Positions 1-9,050 of a stretch of 64,000 nt of DNA are shown here, piece after piece. Each line of letters opens with the position of its first letter. Positions within the stretch are counted from its first letter, which is position 1. The translations under genes and the position numbers were made by a program. The notes beneath the pieces were generated by a model. That model ran no database searches, was not told where the DNA came from, and worked only from the letters and a program-made list of their open reading frames with translations. This stretch comes from Bacteroidota bacterium (GTDB lineage: Bacteria > Bacteroidota > Ignavibacteria > Palsa-1295): positions 218,152-282,151 of the forward strand of contig JAUZNX010000004.1 in NCBI GenBank assembly GCA_030706745.1, read 5' to 3'.

Positions 1-211
1 GAAGAAGGTGCGCGCACGGATCGAGATGGTGCGCGATGGGCGAATGAACGACCCAGATTTTGGAAGCCGCATGCGTGGGACCGGTGCGTACGCGGACTAT
101 ATCAAGGATGTCTTCAAAAAAACATGCACACGTCTCGGCTTAAACCAGGATCATGCCGAACTCACCACGGAGCATTTCCGACGCCCGGGAGAGATGACCC
201 TGTTCGATTGA
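1..211 (+). CDS. C-terminal part of a PA0069-family radical SAM protein (runs off window start)
   Basis: Ending 'R.G.MNDPDFGSRMRGTG.YA..I...F......LGL......LTT.HFRRP..MTLF' is typical of this family; stop at 209-211. Confidence 0.7.
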   Translation, partial: KKVRARIEMVRDGRMNDPDFGSRMRGTGAYADYIKDVFKKTCTRLGLNQDHAELTTEHFRRPGEMTLFD

Positions 212-257
212 TGGTGCGCCGCTCAATCGGTTTTGTCGCGAGCGGTGTTGTGCGCAT

Positions 258-1529
258 GTGACCAAATCGATTGCGATCGTGGGTGGGGGAGCGGGCGGCA
301 TCTTTGCAGCACTCGGAGCTGCACGAACTGCTCGTGAGCATGCGCAACATATTGCGGTACATCTGTTCGAACGCAATGCACGTCTCGGAATTAAGATTCT
401 CATCTCGGGTGGGGGCAAGTGCAATATTACCCATGCAGGTCCAACGAATGAGGTACTGCGGGAGGGCTTCCCGCAAAAGAACGAGCAACGATTCCTTAAA
501 TTCTCGCTGCACACCTATACCAACAATGATGTGCTTGCGCTGCTCGCCGCGCATGATGTCTCGTGTCACGCACGGGAAAATGGTCGTGTCTTTCCCAATT
601 CAGGTCGAGCTGATGATGTGCTCGCCGCGTTCGAAGCGGAATTGCAGAACGCGAATGTCATACTCCATTTGAATTCGCGCGTCACCAAAATCGAATCTAT
701 TGCCGGTGCGTGGGAAGTCGTCACCGATAGGCAGTCATTGAAGGCTGACGCATTGATACTGGCTACCGGCGGCACGAGCTATCGCAAAGTGGGAACGACC
801 GGTGATGGCCTGACTTATGCCGCTCGGCTCGGACATACGATCGTGCCGAATCGCGCGGCTCTTGCGCCGATCTATTTGAAGCATCCGCCGGAACAAGATC
901 TGGTCGGTATCGCACTTCGTGATATTGAACTTCTGATTGTTCGTGACAAACAGACACTCAGCGCGTTGCGGGGCGATGTCCTATTGACCCACCGCGGGCT
1001 CTCCGGTCCTACCGTGCTCGGTATTAGCCGCGAAGCCGCAGTGCATGCCGAACGTGGTTCGATTGAATTGGCTGCGAACTTGCTGGGCATGAATGAAGAG
1101 CAAGTGCGCACCACACTAACCGACCTTCAGGGCACTCGCTCGCAGCAGCAAATCAAGACGTGGCTCGAGGAGTTGCTTCCAAATCGATTTGTGCCGCACA
1201 TTCTCGCGCAGGCCCGACTACCAATCGACCGGAAGTGGCACGCACTCACGCGGGAAGAACGGGTCCGGTTGCGCTCGGCACTCACACACTATTCCTTTGG
1301 CCTGGTTGCGGATATACCGGTCGATCGCGGCGAGGTCACGGCCGGCGGAGTAAGCCTCGCGGAGGTGGCACCTGCAACGATGAAGTCGTGGCTTATTCCG
1401 AATCTCTATTTTGCCGGGGAGATGCTTGACATTGCTGGCGAGATTGGCGGATACAATCTTCAGGCGGCATACTCGACCGGTTGGGTGGCCGGATCAGCAG
1501 CGGCGCAATCCATTTTGGAGCACGCATAA
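258..1529 (+). CDS. HI0933/YhiN-family flavoprotein (NAD(P)/FAD-dependent oxidoreductase)
   Basis: GGGAGG dinucleotide motif, KILISGGGKCNITH, GRVFP, LATGG, VTAGGV, GEMLDI.GEIGGYNLQAA.STG. Confidence 0.92.
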   Translation: MTKSIAIVGGGAGGIFAALGAARTAREHAQHIAVHLFERNARLGIKILISGGGKCNITHAGPTNEVLREGFPQKNEQRFLKFSLHTYTNNDVLALLAAHDVSCHARENGRVFPNSGRADDVLAAFEAELQNANVILHLNSRVTKIESIAGAWEVVTDRQSLKADALILATGGTSYRKVGTTGDGLTYAARLGHTIVPNRAALAPIYLKHPPEQDLVGIALRDIELLIVRDKQTLSALRGDVLLTHRGLSGPTVLGISREAAVHAERGSIELAANLLGMNEEQVRTTLTDLQGTRSQQQIKTWLEELLPNRFVPHILAQARLPIDRKWHALTREERVRLRSALTHYSFGLVADIPVDRGEVTAGGVSLAEVAPATMKSWLIPNLYFAGEMLDIAGEIGGYNLQAAYSTGWVAGSAAAQSILEHA

Positions 1530-1565
1530 AAAAAACGGCAGTCCCCGTTAAGGGCCTGCCGCCGT
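1528..1565. terminator. Probable terminator between convergent genes
   Basis: A-run followed by imperfect hairpin cggcag-tccc-cgttaa-gggc-ctgccg; the A-run gives a U-tract on the - strand. Confidence 0.5.
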
Positions 1566-1661
1566 GTTCTGCTGCTATTGCTTCTTCAATGACTCTCCTG
1601 TGAGTGAGGTCATTCCGGGCGGATGCTGCTTATCATCCGCGCCGCTCGGTGAGAGTTACAC

Positions 1662-2084
1662 TTAGTTCATTTGATCCTTGCGAAGTGAGGCATCACGCTC
1701 GAGTGTCGCCTCTCGCATGACCACTGTGAAATCCTGTTCGATCTGCTGAGTGTGCTCGCTTTCCGGTGTCGTGATGAGCACGTCCTTCGTCAGGATCGAA
1801 TCGCCTTCGAGGTGTACCCAGTATGATTTACCGGGCTTGAGGATCACGAGATATTTTCCCGTCTCCTTGTTCGATGTACTGCTGGTGATCTCGCGCGCGG
1901 TATCTCCGACGACGCGGACACTGACGCGCACCGAGGTCGGCTTCGCGTTATCCTCGGAACGAACAGTGCCTTTAAGTACGACAACTGCGTGCGAAAGTTG
2001 CGCGCGCGCGGTCGTGCCCTGCCCTGTCATAAAAATTATAAGGAGTCCTGTGAAAATGGCAGCGTGAAGAGAAATTGGCTTCAT
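1662..2084 (-). CDS. Secreted hypothetical protein, carboxypeptidase-regulatory-like beta domain
   Basis: Signal peptide ending ARA-Q; 'LKGTVRS...SNKETGKYLVILKPGKSY'. Confidence 0.55.
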   Translation of the reverse strand: MKPISLHAAIFTGLLIIFMTGQGTTARAQLSHAVVVLKGTVRSEDNAKPTSVRVSVRVVGDTAREITSSTSNKETGKYLVILKPGKSYWVHLEGDSILTKDVLITTPESEHTQQIEQDFTVVMREATLERDASLRKDQMN

Positions 2085-2404
2085 GTATGGGCGAAGGTGA
2101 ATGGTGATTAATGGAGCTTCCGGTGTGATGGCAAAAATACGATGCGTCGATTACGGTGTTATGACGGGAGAGTTACCCGTTCATGGCATGATTCAATGTT
2201 CACTAAAGGCTGCAAATACGCTGCTGACACTCCATTACGTCCATTTGAATGCCAGCTTTCCGGATCACACCAATTTGCGTTTTATCTACTTGTCTTTGGC
2301 AGGTTCCCAATCCAGATGGTGGGCAGTCAAGTGAACACCTGGGAGGTCGGACTGTATACTCTGGCATTTCTGTTACTATATCATTAATTCTTCGTATTAT
2401 TGTT

Positions 2405-3235
2405 ATGATACCGCGTTTTAGTATCCTTCAGGCCGCGACCCTTGCATCGCTTGCCCTTGTGGGTTGCTCCTCATCCACGAGCACGACCCGCACGCCAGCC
2501 GCACCCGTAAAGGCCGCGAGTGCCATCGAGATCGGTCGGCTCCGCACCGCGCTCGATGCTGAATCCTTCGTCGCACGTACTCTCTATGTCGAAGGCGATA
2601 TCACGCTCGATCAAAACGGCGAATCGAATTCGGCCACCTTTGTGATGCGAAGCAAGCGACTCAGCGAGACAGGCCGAATCGATTCATTGAGTATCGAGAT
2701 CAAAGGACCCTTCGGTATTAAGGTGGCGCGTTTTCTTGCGGCGCCGGAAGGTTACAAGTTTTATGACGTCCTACATGGCGAAACGATGAGCGGCAAGACA
2801 GATGCGCATGCCCTGGAAGGGTTGACACATCTCCGTGGCCTTTCACTCGCAATGATGAGCGATCTTGCGTTCGGACTCGCGCCGGGCATCGATGCCGTTA
2901 GCGCCGAGGATTCCGTCACACTATTAACCTCCGGCACTCTCGAACAGCTCATTGTTCGGCGCCCGGAGGATGTATCGGAAATAATCGATCTGGAGAGTAG
3001 TAGTCATAGTGCCGCTTCGCCGGTCCTTGTCGATCGGTATCGACGGTGGAATGGCACGGCAACGGATGGGCCACCAGCGGTTGCAATTCGTTTTTCAAAT
3101 CGGACACTCCTCGATGGCTTCTCGATTCCGAAACACATTGAAGCGAATGCTGGAATTGACAAACTCACGCTCGATTACACGAGGATCGAACTGAACCCCA
3201 GTCCGATCACGGTGAAAATCAAAATGCCCAAGTAA
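2405..3235 (+). CDS. Lipoprotein, DUF4292-like
   Basis: Likely ATG at 2405; lipobox LVGC; 'IDSLSIEIKGPFGIKVARFL' resembles DUF4292. Confidence 0.6.
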   Translation: MIPRFSILQAATLASLALVGCSSSTSTTRTPAAPVKAASAIEIGRLRTALDAESFVARTLYVEGDITLDQNGESNSATFVMRSKRLSETGRIDSLSIEIKGPFGIKVARFLAAPEGYKFYDVLHGETMSGKTDAHALEGLTHLRGLSLAMMSDLAFGLAPGIDAVSAEDSVTLLTSGTLEQLIVRRPEDVSEIIDLESSSHSAASPVLVDRYRRWNGTATDGPPAVAIRFSNRTLLDGFSIPKHIEANAGIDKLTLDYTRIELNPSPITVKIKMPK

Positions 3236-3298
3236 ATCGTGCTACGCTCGGTACTCGTTACTTTCTTTTGTTGCGCGAACCATATTGTTGAGTAAGGC

Positions 3299-4069
3299 AT
3301 GATCGAAATCCTTCGTCTCAGTAGGCGTTACGGCGACACTCTTGCCGTAGAGGACTTGTCGCTTCGGATCGAGACGGGCGAGATCTTTGCGCTGCTCGGA
3401 CCGAATGGCGCAGGAAAATCGACGACGGTGAAGGTCTTGACGGGCCTGATCCGACCCTCGACCGGACTGGTCCGCGTTGCTGGCTTTGATGTCGTCGAGA
3501 ATCCCATCGAAGTAAAATCGCGCACCGGGTATGTGCCCGAGAATGCTGTACTTTATGAGAGCCTCACGGCCGATGAGTATCTCGATCTCATCGGTGAACT
3601 TCGACACATGGAGAAGGAACGGCTTCATGCTCGCCGGGATGAGTTGTTCGCACTCTTCGATCTGCAATCGGAAGACCGAAAGAAACTACTCTCGGAATTC
3701 TCCAAAGGGATGAAGCAGAAAGTCCTGCTAATCGCTGCGCTCGCACATAATCCGGAAGTGTTGATTCTCGATGAGCCGCTTTCAGGCCTGGATGCCAGTG
3801 CCGCGCTGATTTTCAAGGAAGTGCTTCGCCGCTACGCGCACGAAGGCAATAAGACAATCTTCTTCTCCTCGCATGTTCTCGATGTGGTCGAGCGGCTCTG
3901 CGATCGTATCGCGATCATCAGCAAAGGGCGTCTCATCGCAATTGGTACCGCGCCGGAATTGCTCGAACAAGCCGGGGAGCCTTCGCTCGAACGTGCATTC
4001 AATCGGCTTACCGGCGGCGCGGACATCGAGCGCTCGACCGAAGATGTCTTGCGCGCGTTGCAGGAATGA
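3299..4069 (+). CDS. ABC transporter ATP-binding protein (ABC-2 type)
   Basis: Walker A GPNGAGKST, signature FSKGMKQK, Walker B LILDEP, H-loop SSH; no adjacent permease. Confidence 0.92.
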   Translation: MIEILRLSRRYGDTLAVEDLSLRIETGEIFALLGPNGAGKSTTVKVLTGLIRPSTGLVRVAGFDVVENPIEVKSRTGYVPENAVLYESLTADEYLDLIGELRHMEKERLHARRDELFALFDLQSEDRKKLLSEFSKGMKQKVLLIAALAHNPEVLILDEPLSGLDASAALIFKEVLRRYAHEGNKTIFFSSHVLDVVERLCDRIAIISKGRLIAIGTAPELLEQAGEPSLERAFNRLTGGADIERSTEDVLRALQE

Positions 4070-4114
4070 TTCAGCACGGATTGCGTTGCCGTCCTAACAC
4101 ACATCGGAGGAATT

Positions 4115-4312
4115 ATGCCAGCAGTGTCTGTATCGGCATCCATTGATATTCGCAAGATCGAGATCACCGAGGTTGTTCGTATCAGCGATTGGCTCGACAA
4201 GTATATTCGTCTCGAAAATCCGGCGCTTACCGATAGCGAATTACTGCTCGATGTTCTGGTCCGTTCGACCAGAGAGTACGAAGGGGATTTCGGAGTGTTC
4301 GAGCAGTCATAG
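4115..4312 (+). CDS. Small acidic hypothetical protein (65 aa)
   Basis: GGAGGA Shine-Dalgarno just upstream of ATG; fills the gap between genes. Confidence 0.5.
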   Translation: MPAVSVSASIDIRKIEITEVVRISDWLDKYIRLENPALTDSELLLDVLVRSTREYEGDFGVFEQS

Positions 4313-4314
4313 AC

Positions 4315-6042
4315 TTAGCCTTTCCGAAACTGTGCCGTTTTCCACTCCCGAAAGAGCGGCTTGCACTTGTTCCTCTGGTATTTGCCGGTGCTCGTGACGG
4401 GAATATCGCTGCCAAAGACAATCACCTTTGGCGCTTTTGCATGTGGGAGTTCGGTGCGACAAAACGCGATGACATCATCGGCATTAAGGGACGCACCCTC
4501 ATTCGGCTGCACATAGGCACCGACCTCTTCGCCATAAAAATCATTCTCGAACCCAACGGCAATCGCAGCCTTCACACCGGGACACCGAGCGAGCACTTCA
4601 TCGATCTCGAGCGGTGAAATGTTGACGCCGCCGCGAATGATCAGTTCCTTCAATCGTCCCGTGATAAAGAAGAACTTGCGCGTCTGATCGTCGAGCTGAT
4701 AAAAGCCTTCATCACCCGACCGAAACCAACCATAGTTGAACGTCTTCTCATTGGCGTCAGCATTTTCGTAGTAGTACTTCATCACGTTGACGCCGCGAAT
4801 GGCGATCTCGCCTTTCTCGCCTGCCGGGAGTTCGTGTCCCCGCTCGTCCGCGATCATCATATTGTTCTGGGGTATCGCCACACCGATGGCCGGAAATCCG
4901 AAATCGCGCATCCAGTGACGATGTTGTTCCGGCGTGAGATCGATTGGCAAGAAGCACGAGTAACAGGTGGTTTCGCTCAGGCCATAGCCGTGCACGATGG
5001 AAATGCCGAACGTCTCTTCGAATTCCTGCGCTAACTCGACTGTGAGCGGGCCGGCGCCGCAGATGATATGCCTGAGAGTGGAGAGTGGAGAGTGGAGAGT
5101 GGAGAGAGCGGACTCGTTGCTCTCATTGCTCTTATCCAAACGATGAGTCCCGTTAGTCCTACTATATTCCAGCAAGAAGGCCAGCAAGGTAGGCACAACG
5201 CTTACCACATTCACCCGCTCGTTTACGATTCGTTCGAAGAAATGCTCGGACTGAAATTTCTGGTTGAGTATGACGGTGCCACCAAAGTACATTGGGGTGA
5301 CGAGCGTTACGACCGTGCCATTGACATGATGGATCGGCAATACACACATCATCCGCTGAGAATTCGTCATCGCGTGCCACTCGGTAATGCCCCGGGCATC
5401 GCAGAGCAAGTTGTATTGCGTAAGCACGACTCCTTTGGGGTTGCCCGTCGTGCCACTGGTATAGACGATGAGAGCCTCGTCGCTGATCGTGACCGCTTCC
5501 TGGCTGGTATAGAACGGAGATGCCTGATCGACCGAGTCCTCGAAGCTTCCCGGAACATCCACTCCACACAGCAGGACAGAGGCAACAGTGGGGACCGACG
5601 CGAGAATCGGCAGGATACGCTCGGAGTAGTCCGATCTCAAAAAGGCAAGCTTCGCCTGACTATTCTCAAGGATATACCGGATGCGGTGGTCGTCCTCTGA
5701 AAGACTGACCGGGACGACACAGACTCCCATAAGCCACGCGGCAAAATACTGGAGAACGGTATCCGAATGATTGTGGCTGATCGTTGCAACCCGATCCCCT
5801 CGCCGGATGCCGTGCGCATGCATGACATTGGCGCATTGCGAGACAAGCGCGAAGAAATCCTTATATCCCAATTGCGTTCGGTTGCCGGCCAGATCATAGA
5901 AGATCAAATACGGTTTTGTGTCATAATACCGCGCTTGCCGGAACAGCAATTCCCCAATATTCTGATAATCGATCTTGCCCGGATCCGGATTATCAATCGA
6001 ACGGGCGTGCGCAATTCTGGCGGTCAAATCATCCGATAACAT
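4315..6042 (-). CDS. Class I adenylate-forming enzyme (acyl-CoA synthetase / AMP-acid ligase)
   Basis: YTSGTTGNPKG, HGYGLSET, WFRSGD, GRLKELIIRGG.NI, TGK motifs. Confidence 0.92.
   Translation of the reverse strand: MLSDDLTARIAHARSIDNPDPGKIDYQNIGELLFRQARYYDTKPYLIFYDLAGNRTQLGYKDFFALVSQCANVMHAHGIRRGDRVATISHNHSDTVLQYFAAWLMGVCVVPVSLSEDDHRIRYILENSQAKLAFLRSDYSERILPILASVPTVASVLLCGVDVPGSFEDSVDQASPFYTSQEAVTISDEALIVYTSGTTGNPKGVVLTQYNLLCDARGITEWHAMTNSQRMMCVLPIHHVNGTVVTLVTPMYFGGTVILNQKFQSEHFFERIVNERVNVVSVVPTLLAFLLEYSRTNGTHRLDKSNESNESALSTLHSPLSTLRHIICGAGPLTVELAQEFEETFGISIVHGYGLSETTCYSCFLPIDLTPEQHRHWMRDFGFPAIGVAIPQNNMMIADERGHELPAGEKGEIAIRGVNVMKYYYENADANEKTFNYGWFRSGDEGFYQLDDQTRKFFFITGRLKELIIRGGVNISPLEIDEVLARCPGVKAAIAVGFENDFYGEEVGAYVQPNEGASLNADDVIAFCRTELPHAKAPKVIVFGSDIPVTSTGKYQRNKCKPLFREWKTAQFRKG
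5074..5108. repeat. Tandem heptamer (GAGAGTG)x4 plus a partial copy inside the acyl-CoA ligase CDS
   Basis: Read directly; encodes LSTLHSPLSTL on the - strand. Confidence 0.9.
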
Positions 6043-6084
6043 GCGAAACGCAACACATCCGTGGCGTCGGGGGTGTCCGGATTC

Positions 6085-7920
6085 TCAACCACGCTTAACA
6101 CGTTTGACCTTTCGCTTCCCTAACAGAGCTTTGCGAAGTGCGAGTTGAGATGGACGGTCCTTTGCGCTAACCAATGCTTTGCTTTTTGCCGAAGGCGAAC
6201 CTGGAACGAGCACGGTTACCGCATGTGCGTTGTGGACGACTTTCAACTTCACGGGCTCACCGCGTCGAGCAGCGGCTTTGGCCTCGGCAACTGCTCGCTC
6301 CGATACCCGTTCGCCGTTGATTGCCGTTACCGTATCGCCCTTTTCGAACGGCGAATGCACGACCGTGTCGCGCGGTGTTGCTGTAATGATCGCCGTACCG
6401 GCAGCATTCAATGCCAGGTCCAGACCCAATTGACCGTTGGACTTCATCGCCTCGGGTAATTCTTTTGCCGCCCCGAGTTTGTCCAGATAGGCCTCGACCG
6501 GTAGTGGCTCCGTGCCGGCGATGTAGCGTACGTAGATCGTATCCAGCGGCGTATCGGAGAATTTCTCGATGGTGTTGATAAACTTCTTATCATCATAGGT
6601 TCGCCCGCTCGATGCCTCTGAGGACATGCGAAGGAGGACGTTGTCAAGCGAGCGTTGCCCGTGCGTTCGCGATCGAATCTCGATGTCCATGAGCAGTGCT
6701 GCCAGAGCACCACGTGCGCGCAAGGCCTCGCAGTGTGACGGTTCGTATTTAGCCGCACGTTCGGACAGCGTTTCGAGCGAAATATGATCGGACGATTCCG
6801 CGCATGCTTCCCAGCGGTCGATGGCATCGAAAAATGCGGACGGGGTCAGATAGCCATAGCGCACCAGCAAAAGATCGGCATAATAGTCTGAGAGGCCTTC
6901 GTTAAACCACAGCGAGCGCGCGGAGAGCGGCAAGGCAAAATCAACCGGACCGAGTGCCGAGATGTGGAATTGTTTGCCGTTCCATGTCTTAAAAAATGTG
7001 GATGCGATCAGGTGCTCGTCGTTCTCTCCGTTCGCGGCCCAGTCGGCGCCTGCGATGGTAAAAATGCTCGATCCGGCATGTGCAAGACCGAACCGTTCGG
7101 CACGACCGGAACCTGCATAAACTGCGAACATATATTCCCGAAACGGCACCTTGCCATAGAACGAAGTCTCTGCAAGTACGACCCGTCGCGCCCGCATCGC
7201 AAAGGAGTCGATCGGAAAGCTCTCATCGCCGGCGGCAACGACGAGATAATTTACACCGCTTTCAGCGAACGAGGAAGTCTTCAGACCGGGCGCAACGATC
7301 AGTGGCGCATCTGCCAGCGATTCGTAATCTGATACTTTATAGACCAGTTGATGAAATCGAGCTTCGTCAGTAAAATCTCCATCGCTCGCGGATTCGAGCG
7401 TTGTCGCCACCAGCCAATCCTTCGGCACCGTAAGAATGATGGTCGCAGGGATGTCCTTGTTATCATTCACATACCCGAAGAGTGCCTCTGTATTCGCGAA
7501 GACTCCGTCTGCGTCAATCTTTGCAATGCCAACGAGGGGCGTAGTATTGTCCGAAGCTGAGTTCTCGATGCGGTATCGAATCTCACCGATCGACGTGGCA
7601 TTTCCGATCTTCCATCGATCGGTTTTCACCCGCTTGATCGAGAGCTCGTGCCCGGCCGTGTCATACGCGGTCAAATCCTTAATGAACCGGCCATAGTGAA
7701 ATTCGCTGTAGATTCCAGGCACCCAAACCGGCATCTGAAAGGTCAGGGTGTCTGGGCGCAGATCCAGCAACTGGATCGTGATGGCAGCGTAGTGCTCCGC
7801 GGCATGAGTGAGATCCACGCGATACACCAGCCGCTGGGCGTTCGAGACCAATGGCCAGGTCGCGACCAGCCAACAAAGTAGTAGGGCTCTCGCAAGAGCC
7901 CGTGAAATAGCTTTCGACAT
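6085..7920 (-). CDS. M61 glycyl-aminopeptidase-like protein with C-terminal PDZ-like domain (zinc motif degenerate)
   Basis: MPVWVPG.Y, L.DAP, LWFNEGLSDYY, RGALAALLMDIEIR, SLD.V; signal peptide; HExxH absent. Confidence 0.8.
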   Translation of the reverse strand: MSKAISRALARALLLCWLVATWPLVSNAQRLVYRVDLTHAAEHYAAITIQLLDLRPDTLTFQMPVWVPGIYSEFHYGRFIKDLTAYDTAGHELSIKRVKTDRWKIGNATSIGEIRYRIENSASDNTTPLVGIAKIDADGVFANTEALFGYVNDNKDIPATIILTVPKDWLVATTLESASDGDFTDEARFHQLVYKVSDYESLADAPLIVAPGLKTSSFAESGVNYLVVAAGDESFPIDSFAMRARRVVLAETSFYGKVPFREYMFAVYAGSGRAERFGLAHAGSSIFTIAGADWAANGENDEHLIASTFFKTWNGKQFHISALGPVDFALPLSARSLWFNEGLSDYYADLLLVRYGYLTPSAFFDAIDRWEACAESSDHISLETLSERAAKYEPSHCEALRARGALAALLMDIEIRSRTHGQRSLDNVLLRMSSEASSGRTYDDKKFINTIEKFSDTPLDTIYVRYIAGTEPLPVEAYLDKLGAAKELPEAMKSNGQLGLDLALNAAGTAIITATPRDTVVHSPFEKGDTVTAINGERVSERAVAEAKAAARRGEPVKLKVVHNAHAVTVLVPGSPSAKSKALVSAKDRPSQLALRKALLGKRKVKRVKRG

Positions 7921-8001
7921 AAGGAAAAATTATCCGAGGGGGCGCTTCGGAGAGCCCATTAAGATGAAGGTCAAAGGCCGTGCCATACGCCACTATGAAT
8001 T

Positions 8002-9036
8002 ATGGGACGGGAAATTTTGTCTTTGCGGATTATTCTGAACTCATCCACCACATTTCGTCGGATTTTGCTCGGCTTAGTCTTGCTCGAGCAAATCCGCGCA
8101 TACATCGTTCTGACTCAGGCGCGCTATTCCGGCCAGGGTCTCGCGACGGAGTATTTTCGACTCAACACGACCAGTGACTTGCTTTCCCTGGGCTTTGCGA
8201 TCCTCATTGTTGCACTGACCTGTTGGGGCATGCTGTTCCCACGACGAATCGGGGAAGGTCGTACGCTGACACTTGCGCTGTTTTCGACCGTGATGCTCTG
8301 GCTCGACTATGGCGTCCGCAGAAGCGAGGCCAGCGACTTTTCGCCTGAGGCCGCAGTGGCACTGTTACTCTCCATGTGTCTCTTACTGGCCGTTCTACTG
8401 ACGCACTCCAGACCGCAGCTTTCCGTTTGGGCAAAGTCCTTTCGGATATTGCGCAACACGGGAGTGATCCTGCTGTTATTCGTCCTATTCGCGTTTGGAT
8501 ATGCCTTTGTGTTCCCGACCTATTCGGGTACGCAAGAGATTATCGGGTTCAATGCCGATGCCGGTGTGGTCCTCGGTGCGGCGGTGTGGCGTGGACATGG
8601 GTTAGGTGACCGGCCAAGTCCAGCGCTTCAGGAGCGCCTCGACGTTGGATATGATCTTCTGGTCCGGCGGGCCGTGCCACGGTTGGTCCTGACCGGAGCG
8701 AGTGCGCCCGGCGAGTTAGCCGAGGCAGAGGTTGCCCGGCAAGATCTTCTGAAGCGTGGAATCGATGCCTCGCAAATCATCATGGAGACGACATCGCATA
8801 CAACTCTGGAGCAGGTCCGCTATATGCGCGAAGAGTTGCAGGGAAAGCAAAACTGGTCGCGTTTTGTCCTCATCAGCGATCAGTATCATCTTGCGCGCGT
8901 GAGTGAAATGTGCCGGTTCAATCGGCTGAGCACAATTGCCTGCCCATCACGGATTCGACAATCATTTCTGGACCTCCTCTATTATCGTCTTCGGGAGAGC
9001 GTTGCGCTCATGGAGTATTGGCTCCTGGGGAGATAG
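8002..9036 (+). CDS. YdcF/DUF218-family membrane protein
   Basis: N-terminal TM helices; ADAGVVLGA, LVLTG, EAE, E..S.TT.E, SDQYHLAR, RE motifs. Confidence 0.85.
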   Translation: MGREILSLRIILNSSTTFRRILLGLVLLEQIRAYIVLTQARYSGQGLATEYFRLNTTSDLLSLGFAILIVALTCWGMLFPRRIGEGRTLTLALFSTVMLWLDYGVRRSEASDFSPEAAVALLLSMCLLLAVLLTHSRPQLSVWAKSFRILRNTGVILLLFVLFAFGYAFVFPTYSGTQEIIGFNADAGVVLGAAVWRGHGLGDRPSPALQERLDVGYDLLVRRAVPRLVLTGASAPGELAEAEVARQDLLKRGIDASQIIMETTSHTTLEQVRYMREELQGKQNWSRFVLISDQYHLARVSEMCRFNRLSTIACPSRIRQSFLDLLYYRLRESVALMEYWLLGR

Positions 9037-9050
9037 AAGGTCGCCGGGGC

